DNA from: Pontiella sp.
GTDB taxonomy: Bacteria; Verrucomicrobiota; Kiritimatiellia; Kiritimatiellales; Pontiellaceae
Direction: 5' to 3'
Assembly: GCA_050298955.1 (NCBI GenBank)
Contig: JBNKVA010000004.1
Span: forward strand, 63,690 to 127,689
DNA: 64,000 nt
Positions 18,211 to 26,197 of the stretch are shown piece by piece. Both the position numbers and the translations under genes were made by a program. Under the pieces are notes generated by a model. It did no database searches and was not told the DNA's origin. It saw nothing but the letters and a program-made list of their open reading frames with translations. The first letter of the stretch is position 1, and every line of letters begins with the position of its first letter.

Positions 18211-19079
18211 TTTACTTTTCTCTCCATCAGGACTGTTCGGGGGGGCTCACGGATGTCCCATACGATGTGGAACAGCTGGAGCACGCGGAGGATCAGATAA
18301 GTCAGGTCCAGCTCATACCAGCGAAAGCCCTGACGCGTGCAGACCGCATAGCGGTGATGGTTGTTGTGCCATCCTTCGCCCATGGCCAATAGACCGAGCA
18401 GCCAGTTGTTGCGACTGTCATCTTCAATTGCATACGGACGTCTCCCGTACAGGTGCGCCACGGAATTAATGCAGAATGTGACGTGGTAGACGGCTACGGT
18501 GCTGAGAAAGAATCCGTAGAACAGGAACTGCGGACCGGTGATGCCCCATTCCGGACGGACTGCTTTAATGCCGGCCCCGGTTAACAGCAGCAGGGCGGCC
18601 AGAATAAAAGCGGGCGCGTACGGGTGCCGGTTCAGCCACTGAAGTTCAGGGTATTTGGCAAAGTCACGCACTTTTTCAAAGCGCGTTTCCGACAGTTCCC
18701 GCTTCATCACCCAGCCCATGTGGGCCCACCAAAAGCCGAATTTACTCGGCGAGTGAGGATCTTCATCGGTGTCGGCGTTCTGGTGATGGACCCGGTGATG
18801 ACTGGCCCACCAGAGCGGGTCGCGCTGTGCAGCGGTGGTGCCGAGAATGGCGAGTATGAACTGGAATGCGCGGCTGGTTTGAAAGCTTTTGTGAGAAAAA
18901 TAGCGGTGGAATCCTGCGGTCAGGGCAAAGACGTGCAGCACATACATCAGGGCGAAGATGCCCCAGGCCGGCCAGCCGCCTTTAACAAAAAAGACTCCAG
19001 CACAGCACGCGTGCATGAACAGCAGGGGAGTGCTGAAGGATGAACGGCCTCGTACTGCGCTGGAGTTGAATAAAGTCAT
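18207..19079 (-). CDS. Delta-9-type membrane fatty acid desaturase
   Basis: Three His boxes HRYFSH, HHRVHH, HNNHH; DPHSP; INS.AH..G; GEGWHNNHH. Confidence 0.92.
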   Translation of the reverse strand: MTLFNSSAVRGRSSFSTPLLFMHACCAGVFFVKGGWPAWGIFALMYVLHVFALTAGFHRYFSHKSFQTSRAFQFILAILGTTAAQRDPLWWASHHRVHHQNADTDEDPHSPSKFGFWWAHMGWVMKRELSETRFEKVRDFAKYPELQWLNRHPYAPAFILAALLLLTGAGIKAVRPEWGITGPQFLFYGFFLSTVAVYHVTFCINSVAHLYGRRPYAIEDDSRNNWLLGLLAMGEGWHNNHHRYAVCTRQGFRWYELDLTYLILRVLQLFHIVWDIREPPRTVLMERKVK

Positions 19080-19333
19080 TTGGCTTTCTGAAGTTCTTCG
19101 GCAATTCGCTTTTTGGCCTCGTAGGACAGGTGTACGTCCGGACTGACCTCGCCGGCATTCTCGTGTTCGAGGTAATCATGCACCCCTCGCTGCATATCGA
19201 CTACCTGCTGGTGGTATTCGCCGCACATGATGCACAAGCGGATATGAATGAACATCGGAATACGCCGATACCACGGTAGTTCGTAGTAGCGGTGGTCCGC
19301 CAGTGCTTTGGCTACTTGTCTGCACATTATCAT
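19076..19333 (-). CDS. Small zinc-binding (zf-HC2/ZAS) anti-sigma factor
   Basis: N-terminal Cys plus HIRLCIMC (HxxxCxxC); 85 aa, no TM, no cupin; directly downstream of the ECF sigma. Confidence 0.8.
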   Translation of the reverse strand: MIMCRQVAKALADHRYYELPWYRRIPMFIHIRLCIMCGEYHQQVVDMQRGVHDYLEHENAGEVSPDVHLSYEAKKRIAEELQKAK

Positions 19334-19345
19334 TTCTAATCTCCG

Positions 19346-19912
19346 TCATGGGGTGGTCCAATTCGCTTCCAGACAACTTTTCAACTGTGTTCGCGCCCGA
19401 TGGAGCAGCACCCATAAGTTGTTCGGCTTTATATTCAGTTCCTTACAGATTTCTTCGGTGGAGAGCCCTTCAAGCTCTCTGAGGGTAAAGGCAATGCCCA
19501 TCGCATCCTTGAGTTTCGCCATGCAACCGTAGAAAACATCCCAGAATTCCTTCTGTTCGTAGGCATGCTTGGGATCAAACTTCCAGGCGGGGGGATGCTG
19601 TTCCGGTATGCCGAACGCCTTGTATTTGAAGCGTTCAAGGATTTCCTGCCCCTCCGTATCGTCGACGGCCACCTCGCGCGAGGCTTTGCGAATATAATCC
19701 ACCACCTTATGATGGAGAATGCCGCGCAGCCAGTAGCGCACCGGGGTTTTTCCGTCATAACGATCATAGGCTTTTATGCCGGCCAGGAAGGCCTCCTGCA
19801 CCGCATCCTCCGCCGCCGCCCGGTTGCGCAGACGCACAAAGGCATATTGGAAGAGATAATCACCATGTTCTTCGAGCCATGTTTCAGGACCATTCCGTTC
19901 AGTGTCTTTCAT
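19346..19912 (-). CDS. ECF sigma-70 factor (TIGR02943-like)
   Basis: W...HGDYLF.YA..RL....AEDAVQEAFLA, WL..IL..K..D..R, F.LRE.EGLS..EIC.EL.I..NNLWV.L.RAR. Confidence 0.92.
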   Translation of the reverse strand: MKDTERNGPETWLEEHGDYLFQYAFVRLRNRAAAEDAVQEAFLAGIKAYDRYDGKTPVRYWLRGILHHKVVDYIRKASREVAVDDTEGQEILERFKYKAFGIPEQHPPAWKFDPKHAYEQKEFWDVFYGCMAKLKDAMGIAFTLRELEGLSTEEICKELNIKPNNLWVLLHRARTQLKSCLEANWTTP

Positions 19913-19986
19913 GAAGCCATGTTAATTTGTGTGTATTCAGATGGCAACTGCAGACGGCCGGAGATTGATGTGTCGCATGCGCAAAG

Positions 19987-20021
19987 GGTGCGCCGATCCC
20001 GGAGGAGAGGATCGACGCACC
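19987..20021 (-). terminator. 13-bp hairpin downstream of the fasciclin gene (partial terminator or mRNA stabiliser)
   Basis: Minus strand GGTGCGTCGATCC-N9-GGATCGGCGCACC (one U.G pair), followed only by CTTTG. Confidence 0.5.
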
Positions 20022-20055
20022 GCTGTGGCTGTTAGGTGTATCCGGAGGAGAAGAA

Positions 20056-21711
20056 TCAATACCAGAGCCAGGGGATCAACACCTTGTCGATCACATGGAT
20101 GGTTCCGTTGGAGGCTCCGACGTCTGCCGCTATGACCTTGGAACGGTTGATGTATGCATTGCCGTTATACACGTAAGGTCGTACGCTCTGTCCCAGCAGC
20201 GTTTCGATACTGCGCTTGCCGGTAACCGCTGACGCATTCAGATCGCCGGCAACAACGTGGTAGAGCAGTACGCGCTCTAGGTACTTGGGATTGTTAATCA
20301 GGAAGTTGAAGAGCCAGTCCGGGAGATTCTCGAAGGCCTCGTCGGTCGGGGCGAACACCGTGAACGGGCCATCGCCGGCAAGGGCTTCGTCGAGTCCGGT
20401 GATTTCCAGGGCGGCCAACAGCGTGTTGAAGCTGCCGGCTCCCTCAGCCACTTCCACAATGTTGGGCTGATCTTCCGGTATGAGTACCGTGTCGATGACA
20501 TGAATAATTCCGTTTTCAGCTTTAATGTCGGTGATCACGATCTTGGAGTTATTGATGAATACACCGTCATCCGTGACTTCCACGTCGATATTCTTGCCCA
20601 GTAGGGTGGTCAGGCTGTCTTCCAATACCACATCTTCGGCCTTCAGACGTCCTTCAACCACGTGGTATAGAAGAATGTCGGCAAGGTTTTCACTGGCCAG
20701 CAAGTCGGCAGCGGATATTCCGAGTTCGCCAAGCAGCGTTACGAATGCATCATCCGTTGGAGCGAACACCGTGAACGGTCCTTCGCCGGCAAGAGCGCTG
20801 TCCAGGCCGGTTTCCACCAGTGCGTTCACCAGAACGGTGAAGCGTCCGTCGGCAATGGCGATATCCGGGATGGTCGGCAGTTCCGGCGGAAGCAGCACGG
20901 CATCAATCACGTGAATGATGCCGTTGGAGGCTTCAATGTCGGCAATGATGACCTTGGCGTCGTTGATGTAGAGATCATCTCCGACGATCGATACATCCAC
21001 ATCCTTGCCCAGCAGGGTTTCGATGTGGGTTTCGGCCGCAACAGCATCACCGTTCAATGAAGCGCCCACAACGTGGTAGAGCAGAATGTCCGCGAGGTCC
21101 GGATTTCCCAGCAGCTGTTCCGCCGTGACACCCAGATCGCTGAGCAGGTTGGTGAATGCGCTGTCGGTGGGTGCAAACACGGTCAGGGGGCCTTCGCCGC
21201 TGAGGGCATCCACCAGTCCGGCTTGCTGAACCGCGGCAACCAGGATCTCAAAACGACCGTCTGCAACGGCGATTTCAACAATGTCGGGCAGCGATTCGTA
21301 GGATACGTAAATCGGCGCATAGGCCAGCCAGGACCATCTGTTGTAGGGGCTGAGATAGTCGAGGAACTCCTCAACCGTTCCTTCCATCAACGTATCCTCG
21401 GGTTGCCCACGGTCACTTTCATTGAATGAGGCGCTCAGTTTGACCCAGGCGTCCGAAGGTGCGTAATTGAGGGTGCCCACGCGCGCAATGGCACGTCCGT
21501 AACGATCGAACGAGAAGTTCGAAATGGGGTGGTACGAATCGCCGCCGTCCGTGGACAGCATAAGCGAGCCCTCGCCGCCGTCCCTGAAGACGTTCATCGT
21601 GTCTTCTTCCAGGGCGTGGAAGATCGTATAGTACACCGGCGAAGCCAGCGAGGTTGCCGCCATCGCGACAACTGCAGTCAGCATGGCCATCATCTTTCGA
21701 TACGCAAACAT
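20056..21711 (-). CDS. Secreted fasciclin protein with three FAS1 domains
   Basis: Signal peptide; three copies of GP[LF]TVFAPTD.AF...[IV]LLYHVV...NG.IHVID.VL; strong SD AAAGGAG. Confidence 0.93.
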   Translation of the reverse strand: MFAYRKMMAMLTAVVAMAATSLASPVYYTIFHALEEDTMNVFRDGGEGSLMLSTDGGDSYHPISNFSFDRYGRAIARVGTLNYAPSDAWVKLSASFNESDRGQPEDTLMEGTVEEFLDYLSPYNRWSWLAYAPIYVSYESLPDIVEIAVADGRFEILVAAVQQAGLVDALSGEGPLTVFAPTDSAFTNLLSDLGVTAEQLLGNPDLADILLYHVVGASLNGDAVAAETHIETLLGKDVDVSIVGDDLYINDAKVIIADIEASNGIIHVIDAVLLPPELPTIPDIAIADGRFTVLVNALVETGLDSALAGEGPFTVFAPTDDAFVTLLGELGISAADLLASENLADILLYHVVEGRLKAEDVVLEDSLTTLLGKNIDVEVTDDGVFINNSKIVITDIKAENGIIHVIDTVLIPEDQPNIVEVAEGAGSFNTLLAALEITGLDEALAGDGPFTVFAPTDEAFENLPDWLFNFLINNPKYLERVLLYHVVAGDLNASAVTGKRSIETLLGQSVRPYVYNGNAYINRSKVIAADVGASNGTIHVIDKVLIPWLWY

Positions 21712-21773
21712 GATATATCTCCTTTCACTCTATCCTGTGCCGTATGACCTCGTGCCTCCGGCGAACATGTAGG

Positions 21774-21800
21774 GTTCGCGCGGATCGGTAAAACCTTTCA
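21774..21800 (-). promoter_or_regulatory. Putative ECF promoter, copy 2 (TGAAAGGTTTTA-N9-GCGAAC)
   Basis: Same bipartite motif and spacing as 23780-23806; upstream of the fasciclin gene; overlaps the TGA of the upstream gene. Confidence 0.65.
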
Positions 21801-22277
21801 CTTTTTTTCCGAAAGAGAGATCCACCCGGGTTCATGTCGCCGCGTCCAGGTGGCGAAGCCGAGTTTTTCGTTGATGTAGAATGCGCGGTATGCGCTGATC
21901 GCGTCGCCCGGCACCCTGTATCGGTCCGGCATGGCCTGTGCAAACTCGGTGAGTCCGCTGGACGGATAGCGGTGGTGTTCGATTTCGCGGATGACCTCAA
22001 TCGATGCGTGGTCGCCAGGCTTGTCGTACCGGAAGCGGTACTCGCGGTTGAGCTCAACCGCCAGCTCTTTCAGCCAGAGAAAATTGTCATAGGATTCATC
22101 CAGCCAAAGCACGCAGGGGTGTTTGATGTGGGTGGAGCGGTAGGGCGTGACAAAACCGCGCTTGTTGAGGGAGGTGCAAAGCATCTGAGCACTCTCAAGA
22201 ATCATCTTCGCTACATGCTGGTCGCAGTGATACTGCGCACATGTCGGGATATCCTCATCGAGTATGAAAATGTTCAT
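21798..22277 (-). CDS. Pyrimidine-dimer DNA glycosylase (DenV/Pyr_excise-like) family protein
   Basis: MNIF.LD.....AQYH.D.HV.KMILESAQML, Y..TH..HP...W, EY..RY.K, F.QAMP..Y, AYR.FY..K. Confidence 0.7.
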   Translation of the reverse strand: MNIFILDEDIPTCAQYHCDQHVAKMILESAQMLCTSLNKRGFVTPYRSTHIKHPCVLWLDESYDNFLWLKELAVELNREYRFRYDKPGDHASIEVIREIEHHRYPSSGLTEFAQAMPDRYRVPGDAISAYRAFYINEKLGFATWTRRHEPGWISLSEKK

Positions 22278-22282
22278 GGGAG

Positions 22283-23761
22283 TTATCGGTTGAGTGCGAC
22301 AGTGAGCTCAGGAGTGCCGATATCTTTTTCGATGCCGGCTTCACGAAGTATCGCCCTGTGCATGCCGCGGAACACCAGTGCATGGACCGGATAGGTGGCG
22401 TACCAGTAGGCGAGGCCCAGCAGGCCCCGGGGCTCATAGATGACGACATGATGCAGCCGGGAACCGTTTCCGGTTTGCTCAATGCCGAATTCAAGCCAGG
22501 CTTCTCCCGGCAGTCTCATATCCGTCTTTAATCGGATGCGGCGGTTTTCGTCGAGAAGCTCAACATGAAAGAAATCAACTGCTCCGCCATGGATCATGGA
22601 ATTCTCTTTCGTGGCGGATGCATTCCTTCGGCGGCCCCACATGCGATCGATGAAAGCTCTAAACTTCCATAGTCGATTCCACGCGAACATCCCCCGGTGG
22701 CCGCCGATCCCGCATAATGTGTTAAACAGGGTGTTCGCATGGATCTCTGTTTCCGAACAGCGGTAGTCGAGCAGCATATGGTGATGGTGTATGATGCTGT
22801 GTCCTTCGCCGGCGCATGAGTTTCTGACCAACTGAAGCCAATATCCCTGTTCAAACTCTTTGCGTTCATTGAGGAGCGCCCGGGCAATCGCTTCGCTCAT
22901 GCTGCAGGGTCGGGTTGCGTACCGCGCCGCCTGCTGCGGGTGTTCTACGACGGTCCGGTTTTTAACCCCTTCGATCAGGTGGCGTCCGACCGCGGCATAG
23001 AGGGGCGTTACCAGGCCCAGCCAGTGGCTGCTGAGCCAGGGGGTCAGGAAGGGTACCGGAAGCATGATTCGCCGCAGTCCGCGTTGCCGGGCATATTCCT
23101 TCATGAGATCCCGGTAGGAAACCTGTTCCGTGCCGCCGACTTCAACCACGGTGCTTTCAGTTGCCGGATGATCAATGGATTCCATGAGATAATCCAGCAG
23201 GTCTTCGATGGAGATGGGTTGGGCCTTGGCCGAAACCCACTTCGGCATGACCATGAACGGCAGGTGCTCCGTGAGTGACCGGATCATTTCGAAGGAAATG
23301 CTTCCGGCTCCCAGCACAATCGAAGCGCGCAGCTCGATGGTGGGGATGCCGGATTCCCGAAGTACTCGGCCCACCGCCTGGCGGCTGCGCAAATGGGCGG
23401 ATAATCCATCCTGCTCGTTGCCGAGCCCGCCGAGATAAATGATGCGTTTGACGCCGGCCCGCCGAGCCGCACGTACAAAGTTTTCAGCCGCATCGCGTTC
23501 ACGGCTTTCAAAATGGCCGGTTCCATCCATCGAATGCACAAGGTAGAAGGCGCACTCAACGCCCTGAAACGCCGCATCCAGCGATTCGGCATCCAGCAGA
23601 TCCCCCTTGTAGACGAAGGTTTCCGGAGCGGTTGCCGCGAGTTTTTCCGGGCTTCGCACCAGGCAGCTGATCCGGTGTCCGCTGGCTACTAGCCGCCGCA
23701 ACAGATGTCCGCCCACGTAACCGGTGGCTCCGGTAATCAGAATCTTTCGTATCTGTTCCAT
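22283..23761 (-). CDS. YbjT-like atypical SDR (NAD-binding plus DUF2867)
   Basis: ILITGATGYVG, YLVHSM, HLRSR, LRA.I..G.GS.SFEM, QPI.I.D; C-terminal M.LPG.AWLEF, P.GL.G..YW....P.H..VF.GM. Confidence 0.9.
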   Translation of the reverse strand: MEQIRKILITGATGYVGGHLLRRLVASGHRISCLVRSPEKLAATAPETFVYKGDLLDAESLDAAFQGVECAFYLVHSMDGTGHFESRERDAAENFVRAARRAGVKRIIYLGGLGNEQDGLSAHLRSRQAVGRVLRESGIPTIELRASIVLGAGSISFEMIRSLTEHLPFMVMPKWVSAKAQPISIEDLLDYLMESIDHPATESTVVEVGGTEQVSYRDLMKEYARQRGLRRIMLPVPFLTPWLSSHWLGLVTPLYAAVGRHLIEGVKNRTVVEHPQQAARYATRPCSMSEAIARALLNERKEFEQGYWLQLVRNSCAGEGHSIIHHHHMLLDYRCSETEIHANTLFNTLCGIGGHRGMFAWNRLWKFRAFIDRMWGRRRNASATKENSMIHGGAVDFFHVELLDENRRIRLKTDMRLPGEAWLEFGIEQTGNGSRLHHVVIYEPRGLLGLAYWYATYPVHALVFRGMHRAILREAGIEKDIGTPELTVALNR

Positions 23762-23779
23762 TTCAATCCTTTTATGATC

Positions 23780-23806
23780 GTTCGCTGAAACAGATAAAAC
23801 CTTTCA
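23780..23806 (-). promoter_or_regulatory. Putative ECF promoter, copy 1 (TGAAAGGTTTTA-N9-GCGAAC)
   Basis: Ends 18 nt upstream of the first ATG of the island; 18/18 identical motif positions with copy 2. Confidence 0.65.
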
Positions 23807-23863
23807 GAAAAAATGGCTTCCGGTGTTCTTGGAAAGCCGTCGGGGTATACTTATACTGCAGCC

Positions 23864-24724
23864 ATGAAAAAGATTGGCGTGATTGTGAATACCAAGCGTC
23901 CGCGGGCTCCGCAGGTACTGAATGAGCTGAAGCAGTTGGCGGCACAACACCGGTTCAGGCTTTATGCCGAAAGTGCGGAAATGGCCGAGGCGCTTGATGC
24001 TGAGCGGATCCCCGTCGAAACCTTCGGCAGTACGGTTGACGTTGCTCTGGCCCTGGGCGGTGACGGTACGGTGCTCTATACCTCACGCGCACTGCATGGA
24101 TCAGATGTGCCGATCATGGGCATCAACCTGGGCAGTCTCGGCTTCCTGACGAGTGTCGGCGACACGGAAATCGCAGCTGCGCTCGACGCCATCGCGCACA
24201 AGACCTACAAGGTCTCCAAGCGCCTCGTGGCCGACTGCCGCATCTACCAGAACGGTTCTTCCGTGGGCGAGGAATCTGCCCTTAACGATATTGTACTGGG
24301 CTGGGGGGGCTCCTCCAGAATCGTGACGTTGCAGTTGACCATTGATGGCGAAGCGGTGGGATCGTTCATGTGCGACGGGCTGATTGTGTCGACGCCGACC
24401 GGTAGTACCGGACATTCTCTGTCGGCCGGCGGTCCTATTCTCCACCCTGGAATCAGCGGCTTTGGTATCAACGTCATCTGCCCGCATACCCTGGGCACAC
24501 GGCCTTTGGTGGTTCCGGATACCAGCGCGATTGAGATCGAGGTGGCGAATGCCGCCAAGGAGCTCATTCTGTCCATTGACGGGCAGGATGAATACAAGAT
24601 CGAAAAAGGGGGGCGAATGGAAATCCGCAAGAGTCCCCATGCTGCCCGTTTCCTCCAGTTGCAGGACCACAGCTACTTTTCGGTCCTCGCCCAGAAGCTT
24701 CACTGGCGCGGTTCGGCGTTGTGA
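23864..24724 (+). CDS. nadK: NAD kinase
   Basis: LGGDGT, GIN.G.LGFL, ALND, DGLIVSTPTGST..SLSAGGPI, CPH. Confidence 0.95.
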   Translation: MKKIGVIVNTKRPRAPQVLNELKQLAAQHRFRLYAESAEMAEALDAERIPVETFGSTVDVALALGGDGTVLYTSRALHGSDVPIMGINLGSLGFLTSVGDTEIAAALDAIAHKTYKVSKRLVADCRIYQNGSSVGEESALNDIVLGWGGSSRIVTLQLTIDGEAVGSFMCDGLIVSTPTGSTGHSLSAGGPILHPGISGFGINVICPHTLGTRPLVVPDTSAIEIEVANAAKELILSIDGQDEYKIEKGGRMEIRKSPHAARFLQLQDHSYFSVLAQKLHWRGSAL

Positions 24725-24726
24725 GG

Positions 24727-24780
24727 GGTAGGGTAGGTTCGATGAAGAGCCCGCTGCGCTTTCGTCGAAAGCGCCCTACC
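24727..24780. repeat. REP-like GTAG palindrome pair between convergent genes
   Basis: GGTAGGG ... CCCTACC enclosing the hairpin GCGCTTTC-GTC-GAAAGCGC (24756-24774). Confidence 0.45.
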
Positions 24781-25558
24781 GGAAAATCTTCCCGTCCAGC
24801 CGCTGGTGGTCGTCGAAGGCGACCGGCAGGCTGAGCAGGATATTGACGAGGGCGGCCACGACCATGGAGGTGAAGATACAGATCATGATGCCGATTTGGT
24901 ACTTGATGGCTTCGACCGGCATGGCGCCGCCGAGAATCTGGCCCGTCATCATGCCGGGCAGGGATACGATGCCCATGGTCGCCATCGTGGCCACCGAAGG
25001 ATTTACCGAGGCTTTGATGGCTTCGCGCAGGTAGGGGCGCACGGCTTCGCGGAGACTGGCGCCGAGCATCAGGTAGGTCATAAACTCATTTTCGTTCTTC
25101 CGGATGCCGCTGTAAAAACGTTCCAGGCTCAGCACATTGCTGCGCAGGCAATTGCCGAGAATCATGCCGGTGATGGGTACGAGATATCGCGCATCGTAGA
25201 TCGGATCGGGCCGGATGCTCACGAGGATAAACCAGCCGCTGGCTAGCAGGGTGCTGCCGGCCACTCCGGCCAGGGATCGCCAGAAAAAACGGTTTCGTTT
25301 AAGTCCGGCCTTATTAAGAATGCTGACATTCGCCACCACCAGCATGATCATTACCCACAGCAGGCTGATGAACGCATTGTTGAGTTGGAAGATGTATTTC
25401 AGGTAGAGGCCCACCAGGATCAGCTGGACCGTCATCCGCACCAGCGCAATCAGCGTTTCCCGGATGATGCCGAGCCGGAGATAGAAGAAGATGGCCAACG
25501 GCACCAGCATGAGCGCATACATGGCCAGCATGGAGGTGATGGTTAATTCAACACTCAC
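24776..25558 (-). CDS. fetB: ABC permease, UPF0014 family (FetB/YbbM-like)
   Basis: RM.VQL.LVG..L, Y.VPI.GMILGN, LGA...EA, GIVSLPGMMTGQILGG..P.EA.KYQI.IM. Confidence 0.85.
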   Translation of the reverse strand: MSVELTITSMLAMYALMLVPLAIFFYLRLGIIRETLIALVRMTVQLILVGLYLKYIFQLNNAFISLLWVMIMLVVANVSILNKAGLKRNRFFWRSLAGVAGSTLLASGWFILVSIRPDPIYDARYLVPITGMILGNCLRSNVLSLERFYSGIRKNENEFMTYLMLGASLREAVRPYLREAIKASVNPSVATMATMGIVSLPGMMTGQILGGAMPVEAIKYQIGIMICIFTSMVVAALVNILLSLPVAFDDHQRLDGKIFR

Positions 25559-26196
25559 TGTTGCACCTCCATAAGTTGCTGGTTCCGGAACTCAATCAGC
25601 CGGCTTCCGGCGGCGATCCATTCCGGATCATGTGATACCGACAGCAGGGTAATGCCGTCGCGGAAAAGTTCGTTCATGACGGCGGCCTTGCTTTCGGGAT
25701 CCAGCGCTGAAGTGATTTCATCGGCCAGGAATATGGTCTTGTTCAACAGAAGCGCCCGTGCGATGGCGATGCGCTGTTTTTCACCGCCTGATATACGTTG
25801 GCTCGATTTGTCAAGAATGGTTGTGTCAAGGCATAGCCGTTCGAGCAAATCATATATGCGTTCGTCGTCCGGTTTGTTATGCCGATGTGCTTTGAAGCTG
25901 AAGGGCAGCAGCAGGGCATCACGCACCCGTTCGGCACCCAGCACCGGCTCCTGGCCGATAAAGGCAATGCGACTGCGCACTTCGCCGGCTGTTTCGGCAG
26001 AGAGGGTGATGCCGTCGAGATGAATGGATCCACTGGAAAGCGGCAGCGCACCAACCACACTTCTGAGCAGCGAACTCTTACCGCAGCCCGATGGACCTCG
26101 CAAAATCAACTTGTCATCGACGGCTACCTGCAAGCTCACGTTCTCCAGCAGCGTCTGACGTTGTATTCTGAGCGTGATATCCTCAAATGCAATCAT
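25555..26196 (-). CDS. fetA: ABC ATP-binding protein (FetA/YbbL-like)
   Basis: Walker A GPSGCGKS, signature ISGGEKQR, Walker B LADE.TSALD, VSHD; GTGA overlap with the permease. Confidence 0.82.
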   Translation of the reverse strand: MIAFEDITLRIQRQTLLENVSLQVAVDDKLILRGPSGCGKSSLLRSVVGALPLSSGSIHLDGITLSAETAGEVRSRIAFIGQEPVLGAERVRDALLLPFSFKAHRHNKPDDERIYDLLERLCLDTTILDKSSQRISGGEKQRIAIARALLLNKTIFLADEITSALDPESKAAVMNELFRDGITLLSVSHDPEWIAAGSRLIEFRNQQLMEVQQ

Positions 26197-26197
26197 A

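Noticed and set aside
10952-23806. Island as an intact mobile element
   Set aside because: No integrase, transposase, tRNA target, flanking direct repeats or obvious GC shift is visible.
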